Position numbers and translations under genes: made by a program
The notes under the pieces: generated by a model
What the model saw: the letters and a program-made list of their open reading frames with translations, nothing else
Databases searched by the model: none
Told to the model about the DNA's origin: nothing
In this document: positions 36,084 through 37,236 of the stretch, in pieces
Numbering within the stretch: the first letter of the stretch is position 1
How the letters are laid out: every line of letters begins with the position of its first letter
Assembly: GCA_016840085.1 (NCBI GenBank)
Contig: JAEOTA010000042.1
Coordinates: 1-37,236, forward strand
Length of the DNA: 37,236 nt
Direction of reading: 5' to 3'
DNA from: Promethearchaeota archaeon
GTDB lineage: Archaea; Asgardarchaeota; Lokiarchaeia; Sigyniarchaeales; SOKP01

Positions 36084-37236
36084 GAAATATTTAAATAAAA
36101 TCTTTGAATATTTTTAGTTTGAAATTCTATTTTTTATAAAAATGTCAATTTTTTAAAAAAAAAGGCAAAAATTATGAAATCACAAAATATTTTAAAACAA
36201 ATTAAGCATAAAAGTGTTATATTCCTTACTATTGCATCCTTATTGATATCTAGTCTTTCATTAATACCACTAGTTATTGCTGATAAACAGCCCCAAATAC
36301 AAGAAGATATTACAGTTGATACTGCTTATTACATGATAAAACATAAAAGAAAGTATCCTGATCTCATTATTTTAGACGTTAGGAATCCAATCGAGTATAA
36401 TAGTGGTCATTTATATGATGCTATCCTAATACCTCTCGATGACATTGAAGCAAGAATTAGCGCACTTGAAGGATTTAAAAATTCTGAGATCATTATATAC
36501 TGTAAATCTGGTTATCGAAGTCAACAAGCACGTAAAATTTTAGTTGAATGTGGTTTTACAAAAGTATATAATATGCTTGGTGGTATTTTAGCATGGATTG
36601 ATGCGGATTATCCAATTTGGACAACCTCACATCATATAACCCTAGATAAAATCACTGATAAAAAATTTAATTTACTAATAGAACCACTACTTTTATATTA
36701 TTCAATGTGCCCTTCTTGTAGTGAGGATCATGAATGCCCGAGTCAAAGCGAATCAATAAGTATAACATCTGAGGTGATAGAACAAGGAGAAGATCATACA
36801 ACAATTCTCAAAAGGTATGAATATAATGGCATAGTCTATGAATTTATTCATACTCATACTATATTATGGAGTTATAATAAAGTTACAACTAAAGTCAATA
36901 AATCTGCTTATTTCATTTCAACAGAAATTACTTCAGATGATGATGATTTTTATGCGCAATTTTATCAATTAAACTATTTAATTTACCATGAGAACTATAA
37001 TCTCACTATTCATACTCACCTTGATCCTTTAAATTCAGAAACATATAATAATTCTTTTACATCTATAAAATATGTTCCAGTTAACGCAAAAACCGAAACT
37101 TCAATGGAAATTATAAAGTTTAATATGCCTTTAAAACTATCACAGCAATATTTCTTTTTAGCTAAAATTACGAAAGAATTAGCAAAACTTTATAAAAAAT
37201 CTAAGGATCAAAATTTAAAGGATCTTTACTATGCTT
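36084..37236. repeat. Right arm of the terminal imperfect inverted repeat
   Basis: Reverse-complement similarity to 1-1147; the last 127 bp are identical. Confidence 0.95.
36174..37236 (+). CDS. Secreted/membrane-anchored rhodanese-domain protein, copy B (3' end runs off the window)
   Basis: MKSQNILKQIKHKSV..., LDVRNPIEYNSGHLYDA, YCKSGYRS, YNMLGGILAW, CPSC..C; open to the window end. Confidence 0.88.
   Translation, partial: MKSQNILKQIKHKSVIFLTIASLLISSLSLIPLVIADKQPQIQEDITVDTAYYMIKHKRKYPDLIILDVRNPIEYNSGHLYDAILIPLDDIEARISALEGFKNSEIIIYCKSGYRSQQARKILVECGFTKVYNMLGGILAWIDADYPIWTTSHHITLDKITDKKFNLLIEPLLLYYSMCPSCSEDHECPSQSESISITSEVIEQGEDHTTILKRYEYNGIVYEFIHTHTILWSYNKVTTKVNKSAYFISTEITSDDDDFYAQFYQLNYLIYHENYNLTIHTHLDPLNSETYNNSFTSIKYVPVNAKTETSMEIIKFNMPLKLSQQYFFLAKITKELAKLYKKSKDQNLKDLYYA

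Noticed and set aside
1-37236. CRISPR array, DGR, integrase/transposase, rRNA
   Set aside because: No spaced repeats, reverse transcriptase, recombinase motifs or rRNA-like sequence seen; paralog differences do not look adenine-specific.

Overview
AT-rich archaeal chromosomal contig, most likely Asgard (Lokiarchaeia-like), judged from Vps28, roadblock, Yip1, longin-like and LRR proteins, a PGF/Loki-CTERM-type anchor and an archaeal/eukaryote-type selenocysteine machinery. Contents: (i) a split ribosomal-protein superoperon (uS8 to uL15 at 2.3-6.5 kb, no secY/adk; eL34-cmk-eL14-tRNA-Ser at 34.4-36 kb, with eL34 lacking any ATG/GTG/TTG start); (ii) an ~8.4-kb accessory island bounded by a 31-bp direct repeat. 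It sits between a putative cobalamin ECF S-component and a DUF4430 operon and carries a PARIS-like AAA ATPase + DUF4435 pair, an unrecognised two-gene nuclease module, a GIY-YIG-like fragment and an LRR protein; (iii) SelB, SepSecS and a tRNA-Sec(UCA) with two non-canonical BHB introns; (iv) a tRNA-Ile with a UAU anticodon split by three introns, with a 6-nt middle exon; (v) two inverted, mosaic paralogs of a secreted rhodanese gene running off both ends, whose terminal 127 bp are identical (probably an assembly break at a collapsed repeat). All family assignments come from motif recognition by eye, not database searches.
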